Program-made: the position numbers and the translations under genes
Notes under the pieces: model-generated
What the model was told of the DNA's origin: nothing
Database searches by the model: none
What the model saw: the letters and a program-made list of their open reading frames with translations, nothing else
Shown here: piece after piece, positions 22,327 through 33,000 of the stretch
How positions within the stretch are numbered: position 1 is the first letter of the stretch
How the letters are laid out: each line of letters opens with the position of its first letter
Assembly (NCBI GenBank): GCA_002269645.1
Contig: NIVC01004493.1
Location: 1-44,275 of the forward strand
Source of the DNA: Macrostomum lignano
Taxonomy: Eukaryota
Length of the DNA stretch: 44,275 bases
Reading direction: 5' to 3'

Positions 22327-22868
22327 ATAGGGGCGTCGCCACCGGGGAAACAGGGGGGACATGCCCCCCCCCCCAGTAAAAGATCTGGGGGGGGGGGTGG
22401 ACATACCAATGCTTTGTCCCCCCAACTTCACCTTGTGACCCGTTATGGAAATCAATAATTTTGCTGCAGAGTGACAAAACAGAGTGCCTGCGGCGCTAAA
22501 ATGAATGCCTGCGGCGCTAAAATGAGTGCCTGCGGCGCTAAAATGAGTGCCTGCGGCGCTAAAATGAGTGCCTGCGGCGCTAAAATGAGTGCCTGTGGCG
22601 CTAAAATGAGTGGCTGCGGCGCTAAAATGAGTGCCTGTGGCGCTAAAATGAGTGCCTGCGGCGCTAAAATGGGTGCCTGCGGCGCTAAAATGGGTGCCTG
22701 CGGCGCTAAAATGAGTGCCTGCGGCGCTAAAATGAGTGCCTGCCGCGCTAAAATGAGTGCCTGTGGCGCTAAAATGAGTGCCTGCGGCGCTAAAATGAGT
22801 GCCTGTGGCGCTAAAATGAGTGCCTGCGGCGGTAAAATGAGTGCCTTCGGCGCCAAAATGAGCGCTGA
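22327..22868. mobile_element. putative non-autonomous element: GC-rich palindromic head followed by a 21-bp array
   Basis: Head GGGGCGTCGCCACCGGGG...GGGGGGACATGCCCC with a perfect 13-bp stem C11AG/CTG11 at 22364-22397, then the array from about 22482. Element identity is inferred; no TSD found. Confidence 0.35.
22482..22868 (+). repeat. 21-bp minisatellite (GAGTGCCTGCGGCGCTAAAAT), about 18 copies
   Basis: Directly visible. It gives the 7-aa periodic ORFs SACGAKM and LILAPQA. Confidence 0.96.
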
Positions 22869-23614
22869 CAACAATGATTCTAAAAATAATTTACGCGTAT
22901 GAATTTAGTTATGTACATGTACAATTTAGAATTCTTGGCTTCTAAACTTAGGCTGCAATCTTGCCGATTGAAAATGAGTGCCCAAGGCAACTAGGGGCTT
23001 ATAGTTTGTTTAATTGCATAGTGCTCTGTCCTTGCTTCGACGACTCTATCGCCTTGGCTTGCGCATGTGCAGGTGTATGTCAGGTTATGGAGAAAATTTG
23101 TATGACGCACTGCGGACTGGCCCTTGCTTGAAATATCTCACTGTCTTTTGTGAAGAATCTCGGGCTCCCAGCTATTTTCGGTAATAATTTCCACTGGATG
23201 AAAGGTTTTGTAAGTCCAGTCACGCACACTTCGGGGTAGCTTTGAATCGCACCTGCGACTCATTTTGCCAATTAGCGATCTGGAATTCTCGAGTTTCTGA
23301 TTAGTAATTCATTTTGAAGCGTCCATTGCTCTCGTATTGACTTGACCATTTAATAGTACACTGTCTGAGCCGACCGTATCTTTGCTGAAAGTAGGCAATT
23401 GAAATATGCACAACCAGTTATTTTTAACTTTGTTCTAAGCACGTACTGTTCCCACATTATACTTTGAGAAACTTGCGACGAATAAACCTTCGGACAAAAC
23501 TCATATTTGCTCTACTTTTAATTCAAAAGTCCAGGAGATGAGACATTTGTTTATTTATAGTGCTAAAACACTACACAAATTCAAATTTCGCCAATGCATT
23601 ACGCAGCCAAAACC

Positions 23615-24362
23615 GGGGTTCAAGTTAGGGTTTGGGTTTGGGTTTGGGATGGGGTTCAAGTTAGGTTTAGGTTAGGGTTTGGGTTTGGAATGGGGTTCAA
23701 GTTAGGTTTAGGTTAGGGTTGGGTTTGGGATGGGGTTCAAGTTAGGTTTAGGTTAGGGTTGGGTTTGGGATGGGGTTCAAGTTAGGGTTTGGGTTTGGGT
23801 TTGGGATGGGGTTCAAGTTAGGGTTTGGGTTAGGGTTGAGGTTTGGGATGGGGTTCAAGTTTGGGTTTGGGTTTGGGTTTGGGATGGGGTTCAAGTTAGG
23901 TTTAGGTTAGGGTTGAGGTTTGGGATGGGGTTCAAGTTAGGGTTTGGGTTAGGGTTGAGGTTTGGGATGGGGTTCAAGTTAGGGTTTGGGTTTGGGTTTG
24001 GGATGGGGTTCAAGTTAGGTTTAGGTTAGGGTTGAGGTTTGGGATGGGGTTCAAGTTAGGGTTTGGGTTTGGGTTTGGGATGGGGTTCAAGTTAGGGTTT
24101 GGGTTTGGGTTTGGGATGGGGTTCAAGTTAGGGTTTGGGTTTGGGTTTGGGATGGGGTTCAAGTTAGGGTTTGGGTTAGGGTTGAGGTTTGGGATGGGGT
24201 TCAAGTTAGGGTTTGGGTTTGGGTTTGGGATGGGGTTCAAGTTAGGTTTAGGTTAGGGTTGAGGTTTGGGATGGGGTTCAAGTTAGGGTTTGGGTTTGGG
24301 TTTGGGATGGGGTTCAAGTTAGGTTTAGGTTAGGGTTTGGGTTTGGGATGGGGTTCAAGTTT
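23615..24362 (+). repeat. telomere-hexamer-derived satellite, 36/41-bp units, about 20 copies
   Basis: Unit built as TTAGGG-TTTGGG-TTTGGG-TTTGGG-ATGGGG-TTCAAG, with TTAGGT/TTGAGG variants. Confidence 0.93.
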
Positions 24363-26267
24363 GAAGCTACATGTAGTCTGCTTCTGTTGGTCCAACATTA
24401 AGGTGACTCTGGATGCTGTACTGGAAGGAAAGAGTTCGGGCCCTGTTAAAAGTGCGACAAACCTCCACTGTGGGGCAAATCTGTGAGTTGTTTATAGGAC
24501 GATTTCAAGCTTCAGAGCAGGAGACCTTTTTGATTTAAAAAAAACTGAGCGAACTTGTGACGAGGACGCACAGCCAACTTAAAAAGTATTTAACAAGTGT
24601 CGCGTAGAATGTATAAACTATTTAATAACATAAACTTATCTTTCTCATTAGAGAACAAACAATTGTCTTAATTCAAATAAAAATTGCAAAGGGTTTTGCA
24701 ATGAACAGAAGCAAACAAAAAGGCCTATAGCTATGACTGGCTTTGTAATTGCACGAATCAAGTTCAATTATTTTGATATTGATGTAATATTGCCCCCTTT
24801 CAGGCTTCCTGAGAGAGCAAGATGGTTAAAGGGGAAACAAATCCTGACTTCTTTTCGGCTACCTGGCTCGTGACCACAGAATTTAAGCAACTCGCTACAT
24901 GTCGTAGGCATGCATGCACGCAATCCTCTTCGATGTAGTGGGACCATGCAGTCAATGAGACGTGAATGGCGCCTGATTGAAAGACTGACTATACTTTACT
25001 TTACTATACTTTCTCTCTATCGTCTTAATGTAGCTTTTAAGCAGGACAGAGAGAGGAATACGTCGTAAGTACGAGTTAGCAAAAATTGTTTTGATTTCCC
25101 TGCCGTCATACGGTCTATAAACATTGCAATTATACAAGCGTATAGCCATACGGGTCTAACAATAAATGGCGCGGAAGTAAACAGTACATGCTAGTCGTTT
25201 GTAATAACCGTCCTACAGTGCACACTGCATAAGTATATATAAATTACATTACATTTGAAAACCTAAAGAAAACCTAAGTCTAATCAACATATTAAAGTTT
25301 GATTTGTTTATTTTGCGTCTGCAAAGAAAAGGTAATTTAGGAGAAGAGACATACTCTGCATGCATACGAGCGTAGTACATGCAAACAGTACGTATAGAGT
25401 TACAAATTTGGTTACAATAATAGAGTGATAGTGAGAGACAATTTTAAAAGCAAAAGAAATGCAGATAGCTTGAATTACTCTTTTTATTATACATTAGCAA
25501 AAATATTAAACAAACTGAGCGAGAATACGACACTTAAATAGTTTTCCTTTCATGCGATATTTATCGAAATTTATTATTATTTTTGTCGTTTTTTGCAGAA
25601 ACAATTAACCGGAAAATGATAAGTTAAAACAAATTATCTTAAATAAAACTTATACTAAAATTTCATATTTTGTTCTAGATGATGCTACATATTGTCTAAA
25701 TTAAAATCAAAACAAGTTTTTGCTATTATTTTAAAATGTTTATACCACGAAAATGCCTAGATTAATCGACTTTAAAACAATTTTTAACGTGTAGAGCATG
25801 AGCAAATGTTATGAGCAAAAACGCTTGAAACTTCTACTCGCTCGCGGCAGTTCAAAGTTTTTCTACGAATTCATGCGCGATTTGCGCAGAAAGTTGGATA
25901 GCATGAAAGCAGCATCAAAAACAATATGTTTTTAATTTATGTGCAAGGTAATTCCAGACTCATAGCTGCAAACTAAAAAGTTGAATCAGTGTAGTATATA
26001 ATTCATGCACTTCATTCATAATAAGACAATTAATTGCAATCTTAATTATCTTTGCACATTATTTATGCATAATTTATACACGGTCGTAGTTTTGTGATAA
26101 GTTTGTTGCTACAAAACTATTGTAATACATTTGTAATATATATTGCAGCTCGTTTATTTACATGTACTATTATAAATAAACTATTGTAAAGAGATACGTT
26201 TTACACATACCTATTAAAATATTCATGTGATTCATTTTTTTTTCATTTTTCAACTTCTAATTTACAG

Positions 26268-26409
26268 TACAACGCGCAATTTTGGTCACCAGCCACTGTC
26301 CATGGGCTCCCAGCTGTCTAACTTTTGTCAGCATTCGTTTAAACAAAGTCAAATCTAGCACTGTGGCTTTGTCTGGCATGGCGCCAAATTGGGAGCAGGA
26401 GTTTATTTT
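26268..26409 (+). CDS. unc-13: unc-13/Munc13 C2A domain exon (second coding exon)
   Basis: TTTACAG|acceptor and TT|GTAAGT donor, phase 1 to 2. Encodes (V)QRAILVTSHCPWAPSCLTFVSIRLNKVKSSTVALSGMAPNWEQEFIF versus Munc13-1 [44 protein letters not shown]. Not in the ORF track. Confidence 0.88.
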
Positions 26410-26895
26410 GTAAGTCAAAGAAAGTTCATTTGTTTTTGTAAATGAAAATCAGTATAACAAACTCCTAATTTGACTTTCATATTTTATTGCCATCAGATTT
26501 AAATTAAATTTCATGAAAAGGATCACGTAGTATTAATACATCGCAAGAATCTGATTTAAAGATAACGCTAAAGTCGATTTGCAAGTCGGCATTCGTAACA
26601 TCGACACACTGCAAATTCTATTACGAACGATAATTTTAAAGTATCTTATCAAATTTCACGTGTAGTTATTCCTCCAAAAACTAACCCTTGCGACAATATT
26701 TACGTATTTGCATACATGTTGTGTTTTAAGCCAGAGGAAAAGTCCGGATCGAACCGGTCCGGTGAATTTCAATCAGTCAGTCCGTGAGAGCTGACAAACC
26801 TCAAACTAATAGCTACTGTTAATTAACTTGAAAACTTCTCTCCCTTACCCTTCTCCACCTCTGATTTTTACGCGAAAATTCTTCACAATTTGCAG

Positions 26896-27040
26896 TGAGG
26901 CCAGCCCAGCTGACGCTGGCTTAGCGGTGGAGCTATGGCGCCTGCCAAGACCGTTAAAGCAGCAACTGCCGGACTACGATGAGGCTCAGAGGCTGGGCTG
27001 CGCTTGGATGCCGCTGCATCACGTAATTCAAACGGACGAG
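26896..27040 (+). CDS. unc-13: unc-13 C2A exon
   Basis: TTGCAG|acceptor and GAG|GTAATG donor, phase 2 to 0. EASPADAGLAVELW...LGCAWMPLHHVIQTDE versus EINRLDLGLTVEVW...VGTVWIPLRTIRQSNE. Confidence 0.88.
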
Positions 27041-27063
27041 GTAATGCGGAGAAGGAGAGCAAT

Positions 27064-27998
27064 GGGGATTTCAGGGAATGAAGAGGGGAAGAGGGGAATT
27101 TCAGGGAATAAAGAGGGGAAGAAGGGAATTTCAGGGAATGAAGAGGGGAAGAGGGGGAATTTCAGGGAATGAAGAGGGGAAAAGAAAGAATTTCAGGGAA
27201 TGAAGAGGGGAGAGGGGGAATTTCAGGGAATGAAGAGGGAAGAGGGGGAATTTCAGGGAATGAAGAGGGGAAGAGGGGGAATTTCACGGAATAAAGAGGG
27301 GAAGAGGGAGAATTTCAGGGAATGAAGAGGGGAAGAGGTGGAATTTCAGGGAATGAAGAGGGAAGAGGGGGAATTTCAGGGAATGAAGAGGGGAATAGGG
27401 GGAATTTCAGGGAATGAAGAGGGGAAGAGGGAGAATTTCAGGGAATGAAGAGGGGAAGAGGGGGAATTTCAGGGAATAAAGAGGGGAAGAGGGGGAATTT
27501 CAGGGAATAAAGAGGGGAAGAGGGGGAATTTCAGGGAATGAAGAGGGGGAGAGGGAATTTCAGGGAATGAAGAGGGAAGAGGGGGAATTTCAGGGAATGA
27601 AGAGGGGGAGAGGGAATTTCAGGGAATGAAGAGGGAAGAGGGGGAATTTCAGGGAATGAAGAGGGGGAGAGGGAATTTCAGGGAATGAAGAGGGGAAAAG
27701 GGGGAATTTCAGGGAATAAAGAGGGGAAGAGGGGGGATTTCAGGGAATGAAGAGGGGGAGAGGGAATTTCAGGGAATGAAGAGGGGAAGAGGGGGAATTT
27801 CAGGGAATAAAGAGGGGAAGAGGGGGATTTCAGGGAATGAAGAGGGGGAGAGGGAATTTCAGGGAATAAAGAGGGGAAGAGGGGGAATTTCAGGGAATAA
27901 AGAGCGGAAGAGGGGGGATTTTAGGGAATGAAGAGGGGGAGAGGGAATTTCAGGGAATAAAGAGGGGAAGAGGGGGAATTTCAGAGAATGAAGAGGGG
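27064..27998 (+). repeat. 30-32-bp polypurine minisatellite, about 30 copies
   Basis: Unit GGGAATTTCAGGGAAT(G/A)AAGAGGGGAAGAGG. Starts about 23 nt after the donor at 27041. Confidence 0.95.
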
Positions 27999-28714
27999 AT
28001 CAATGTGGATTTTTGGAATTACGAGGGTCAGAAGGGATTTTAGTGAAAGTAGAGGGAGGGAACAGGGGTCTTAGAGAATTAAAAGGGAGACGGTGGGGAT
28101 TTCGGAAAATGTTGGCGTCTGAGTCAAGAAATTCAAACCTTAAAGGTACAGAGTTTCTTTTCAAAGCGAAATCAAACACAAAAGTACCTGTTAAATGAAA
28201 TTTATTAAAAAACAGACTCGTTATGTGAAATGTGAAAAGAATATTTTACTTGCTCTGACCTGATGATGATGACTTTGATGACTTTGGAGCTGAGTACGGG
28301 GGATCAGGCCGGATCGAGAGGTAAGGAGGAAAAGTCTCGCCATGATGCAGAAAGGAAGCATGACATGAGAGAGAGAGGAGAGGAAGATTAAAGTAGGATG
28401 GGCCACTGAGAAGCAGCTCCTTAGTCTATCCGGAGTATATAGTCGTACTGCACCTGCGGCTCGTTAAGGCAACTTTATGCCGAGCAGTTGTTCGACAAGA
28501 GTTTAGGGACAGTCGAACTTGCACGACATGAGAGGGGAAGAGGGGGAAGTCTGTCAGCAGAGAAAAAGTAAGAGGTAGAGAGCAGCAGGTGAGCTGTGTG
28601 ACTCGTTAGTGCAATTAGTTCTGAACAGTAAAGCTTTTGATACAGGCTCGTGTGGACCAAGGGCTAGCAGGTTCCATGCGCATTTCTGATCTCTTCCTGT
28701 GGATCGCGGGCACT

Positions 28715-28942
28715 AATGAGATGAGATAAGGTAAGATAAGCTTAGATGAGATAAGATTAGATTAGATGAGATAAGATTAGATAAGAGGAGATGAGGTGAG
28801 GTGAGGTGAGGTGAGGTAAGATAAGATTAGATTAGATGAGATAAGATAAGATACGATTAGATTAGATCAGATTAGATTAGATTAGATAAGGTGCCATGAT
28901 ATTGGATAGGGTGAGATTATAGGAGATGAGATGAGATAAGAA
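28715..28942 (+). repeat. degenerate pentanucleotide array (AGATG/AGATA/AGATT/AGGTG)
   Basis: 5-nt periodicity with blocks of different variants. Confidence 0.85.
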
Positions 28943-29131
28943 AACCAATAAAATTAACTTTACAACCATCTGATAGCTATAAATTAAATTATCGAGCCAT
29001 TTTGATAACAATAAGCTCCCAAATCGAGAGTGCAAATTCTTTTCACATTAATACTCAATGCTCCTAGCTCACATACCTGACTTGGAAGTAGATATACTAC
29101 TCACATATGCTACTCAATCGCTACTTACCAG

Positions 29132-29261
29132 AGCTCTGAGGGTCGCTGGCTGAGACTGGACTCAAGCTTCATCACCGACTCAAACGGCAAGCTCACTGTG
29201 GGCACCCGCGGCTGCGCTGGTCACCGCCTCCTGCTTGGCCTCCGGTGGCAGCGGCTTCCTG
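29132..29261 (+). CDS. unc-13: unc-13 C2A exon (C-terminal part)
   Basis: TTACCAG|acceptor and G|GTAAAG donor, phase 0 to 1. SSEGRWLRLDSSFITDSNGKLTVGTRGCAGHRLLLGLRWQRLP versus [40 protein letters not shown]. Not in the ORF track. Confidence 0.85.
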
Positions 29262-29444
29262 GTAAAGGCGCCGACCAGTGCAATTATTGAATTTCACATC
29301 AAGGCCAAGGCCACATGACCTTGTAGAACAAGACACCAATTTTTAGTTGAAGTAATGTAGTATAGCAATAAATTCAAATTTACTAAATAATTTTTTAAGC
29401 AGCATTTTTTATCGATTGACACTTCACCGGGTGCACTGCCATAG

Positions 29445-29536
29445 GTCTGAACTTGCGGGTGGAGCTGCGTAGGAGGCGGCGGCTTCTTCATCAGCGGCTT
29501 GCCAAGGCAACGCGTACTGACGTCCTTGACTTTGAG
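29445..29536 (+). CDS. unc-13: unc-13 exon following C2A
   Basis: CCATAG|acceptor and GAG|GTAAGT donor, phase 1 to 0, which continues the chain. Encodes GLNLRVELRRRRRLLHQRLAKATRTDVLDFE. Confidence 0.75.
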
Positions 29537-29639
29537 GTAAGTACAAGAGTGCACAGTTGTAATTCAAGTAAATGTCTATTTAAATACTCAGTTTGCTATC
29601 TTGCGGAGAGCTTGGGATGGGCAGAAAACTCCTGACTGG

Positions 29640-30290
29640 GTGTCTATGGCCAAGCCATCTAACAAAGCGTGCACTAACTAGATGTCTATGGCCAAGCCAT
29701 CTAACAAAGCGTGCACCAACTAAATGTCTATGGCTAAGCCATCCAACAAAGCGTGCACTAACTAGATGTCTATGGCCAAGCTATTCAATAAAGCGTGCAC
29801 TAACTAGATGTCTATGGCCAAGCCATCCAACAAAGCGTGCACTAACTAGATGTCTATGGCCAAGCCATCCAACAAAGCGTGCACTAACTAGATGTCTATG
29901 GCCAAGCCATCTAACAAAGCGTGCACTAACTAGATGTCTATGGCCAAGCCATCTAACAAAGCGTGCACTAACTAGATGTCTATGGCCAAGCCATCTAACA
30001 AAGCGTGCACTTACTAGATGTCTATGGCCAAGCCATCTAACAAAGCGTGCACTAACTAGATGTCTATGGCCAAGCCATCTAACAAAGCGTGCACTTACTA
30101 GATGTCTATGGCCAAGCCATCTAACAAAGCGTGCACTAACTAGATGTCTATGGCCAAGCCATCTAACAAAGCGTGCACTTACTAGATGTCTATGGCCAAG
30201 CCATCTAACAAAGCGTGCACTAACTAGATGTCTATGGCCAAGCCATCTAACAAAGCGTGCACTTACTAGATGTCTATGGCCTAGATAATA
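29640..30290 (+). repeat. 42-bp minisatellite, about 15 copies
   Basis: Unit TGTCTATGGCCAAGCCATCTAACAAAGCGTGCACT(A/T)ACTAGA. It is the source of the 14-aa periodic ORF 29593-30288. Confidence 0.97.
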
Positions 30291-30397
30291 GCCTAGATAA
30301 TGTGTATGGCCTAGAGAGCTGGTACTAGATAAATATATATATTACAAGCCATAGACATATAGGCATATTTAATATATATATATCTTCTATATATATA

Positions 30398-30423
30398 TAG
30401 GGTTAGGGTTAGGGTTAGGGTTA
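30398..30423 (+). repeat. interstitial (TTAGGG)4 telomeric repeat after a (TA)n tract
   Basis: TAGGGTTAGGGTTAGGGTTAGGGTTA. Confidence 0.95.
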
Positions 30424-31144
30424 ATATTTATATCATTATTGATGTGTACAATTGCTACAGGATGCCAACTCTATGAAATAATAATACGAAATTTCTCAGA
30501 GCGGTATTCATGAAAGATGGCGCACTTTTAGATTTCAAATCCCAGTTGAATCAGTTCTCATCAGGGAGATTTTTCTCCTCTTGCTGCTACAAAATCGGGC
30601 AGTGGGATTCTTCTTGAAGCAGAAAATTGGGGAGAAGAAGCAAAGGATGGCCAGAGTGTAAAGTTAAGCTAGGCCGAAGAGCAACTTGAATAAAAATGGT
30701 AATTCCAGCTCTTACTGAACTTCGATAAAATGCACTTCTGATGGAGTTTCTTATTTTTCCATACAAAAAAATTGAACTTGCTTCACGATTATTACTTTTT
30801 TATCCAACGGCTGAGGAATCTGCTGTAACCTGCTATTATTGGGGAAAACTCACTAATAATCACTATAATTATGGGGCAATGTTGCATTATATTAGACACA
30901 AGCGAAGAGGGTAAGTTCCACCGCCAAAAATCGGGGGTTGGGATAGCTATTCAAGAGAGAAGAGTTGAGTCAATTTAATCAGCCGGTTTCAGGATCAACT
31001 TGGGTAATTTAGGGTGCTCTCATGCATGGCACTGGGCACGCACTTCCTCCTGCGATGAGAGTGCATCGGAGTTTTTTGTCTCGATATATCTATTGGTAGA
31101 AAGTTTAATAGTTTTATTACAGTCAAATCAAGTAGAGGAGGTTG

Positions 31145-31560
31145 AAAACTCATGCATAAGTTTGTAGACTTGTGTATGAGACTGGGAACTCATGCATGAG
31201 ACTGGAAACTTGTGTATGAGACTGGGAACTCATGCATGAGACTGGAAACTTGTTTATGAGACTGGGAACTCATTTATGAGACTGGAAACTTGTGTATGAG
31301 ACTGGGAACTCATGCATGAGACTGGAAACTTGTTTATGAGACTGGGAACTCATTTATGAGACTGGAAACTCATTTATGAGACTGGAAACTCATTTATGAG
31401 ACTGGCAACTCATATATGACACTGGGAACTCATCCATGAGACTGGAAACTCATGTATCAGACTGGGAACTCATATGTGACACTGGGAACTCATATGTGAC
31501 ACTGGGAACTCATGTATGAGACTAAAAAACCAATTATGAGACCGAGAACTCATGCATGAC
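31145..31560 (+). repeat. 20-bp minisatellite, about 21 copies, with 40/80-bp higher-order pattern
   Basis: GAGACTGG(G/A)AACT-(CATGCAT/TGTGTAT/TGTTTAT/CATTTAT). Contains the 12-bp palindrome CTCATGCATGAG. Confidence 0.93.
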
Positions 31561-31646
31561 ATTAAGATCGAGAACTCTTCTACAAGACTGAAAACTTATG
31601 TAGAAGGCTCGGTACTTATCCAAAAAAGCAATACATTTGCTTTTAG

Positions 31647-31882
31647 ATCACAGCAGACTGCCACTGCGCGGACTGCTGGCTGCCTACCAGGGATGACGCG
31701 GCGGAGTTTGACATTGACAACGACGAATTGGATGACGGCAGCAATTCAGCCAGACCTTCGCGAGCTCACATGGCTTCACCTTCTCAATCGCTGGCCGCCA
31801 AGTCTGCCTACTGTGGGGCGAGCTGGCGGAAACAGCTGGACAGATCGCTTGATAGGCAACTTGGCCTGGATTCCAGTGGCCT
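31647..31882 (+). CDS. unc-13: unc-13 linker exon (inferred)
   Basis: TTTTAG|acceptor and CT|GTGAGA donor, phase 0 to 2, bridging both neighbours. Open frame [32 protein letters not shown]...LDSSG. No recognisable homology. Confidence 0.65.
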
Positions 31883-31886
31883 GTGA

Positions 31887-32324
<438 letters not shown>

Positions 32325-32917
32325 CACGGATGGGTGGATTCATTTTTTTGCTTCTCCTTTATTCTTCCGTTGCTCCGCTGTTTCTTGGAATCGAAGTCAA
32401 ACGCGATAAACTCGATAAAATTTCCTCTTTCATGAACAGCCCCCGGTGCCACTGCATGCCATACGGTATGCATATCAGCTGCCGCCTCTGCTTTTCTGTC
32501 CCAAGAATGAATCCAGAGTGCCTTAAGCTGATTTTTGTAAATTAGCCCATACGAGCTAACACACGAGAAACTCTAAAGCACGTTTACTAATACTACTAAA
32601 GTTCTATCCTAATGGTAGTAAAGTAGGCGAATTATTTGTAAAATTTCAGACTCCACGAAGGCGGCTCAATGCGGGAGCTTGTTTGGCCTGCACGGGCAAA
32701 CGGTTTTCATTATGACTGGTAAGTTTGTTTAAACTCCAGATCTTGGAAATTCACGGTTAAAAATTTTGTCTATAATTGCAAAGGTGGCACAGCAGCATTT
32801 AATTTAGTTCAAAAAGCATCAATTAAGTCCATAGCGGCCCGCCGTGCTACTCGTACATTACCATAGACAAAAGCTTCAGTACTTTGACAAACAAATCGAG
32901 GTAGAGGGGTAGAGGTT

Positions 32918-32992
32918 TTGCTCTATCTCTATCTCTCTCCATCTCTCTCTCTCTCTCTTTCCATCTCTCTTTCTCTCTCTCTCTCTCTCTCT
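32918..32992 (+). repeat. (CT)n tract serving as the polypyrimidine tract of the acceptor at 33000
   Basis: Ends 8 nt before CATCAG|33001. Confidence 0.85.
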
Positions 32993-33000
32993 CGCATCAG

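Noticed and set aside
25798-25846. Possible unc-13 first exon MSKCYEQKRLKLLLAR with a GC donor
   Set aside because: The donor CG|GCAGTT is weak for a GC-AG intron and the similarity to MSLLCVRV is marginal. The true first exon was not located.
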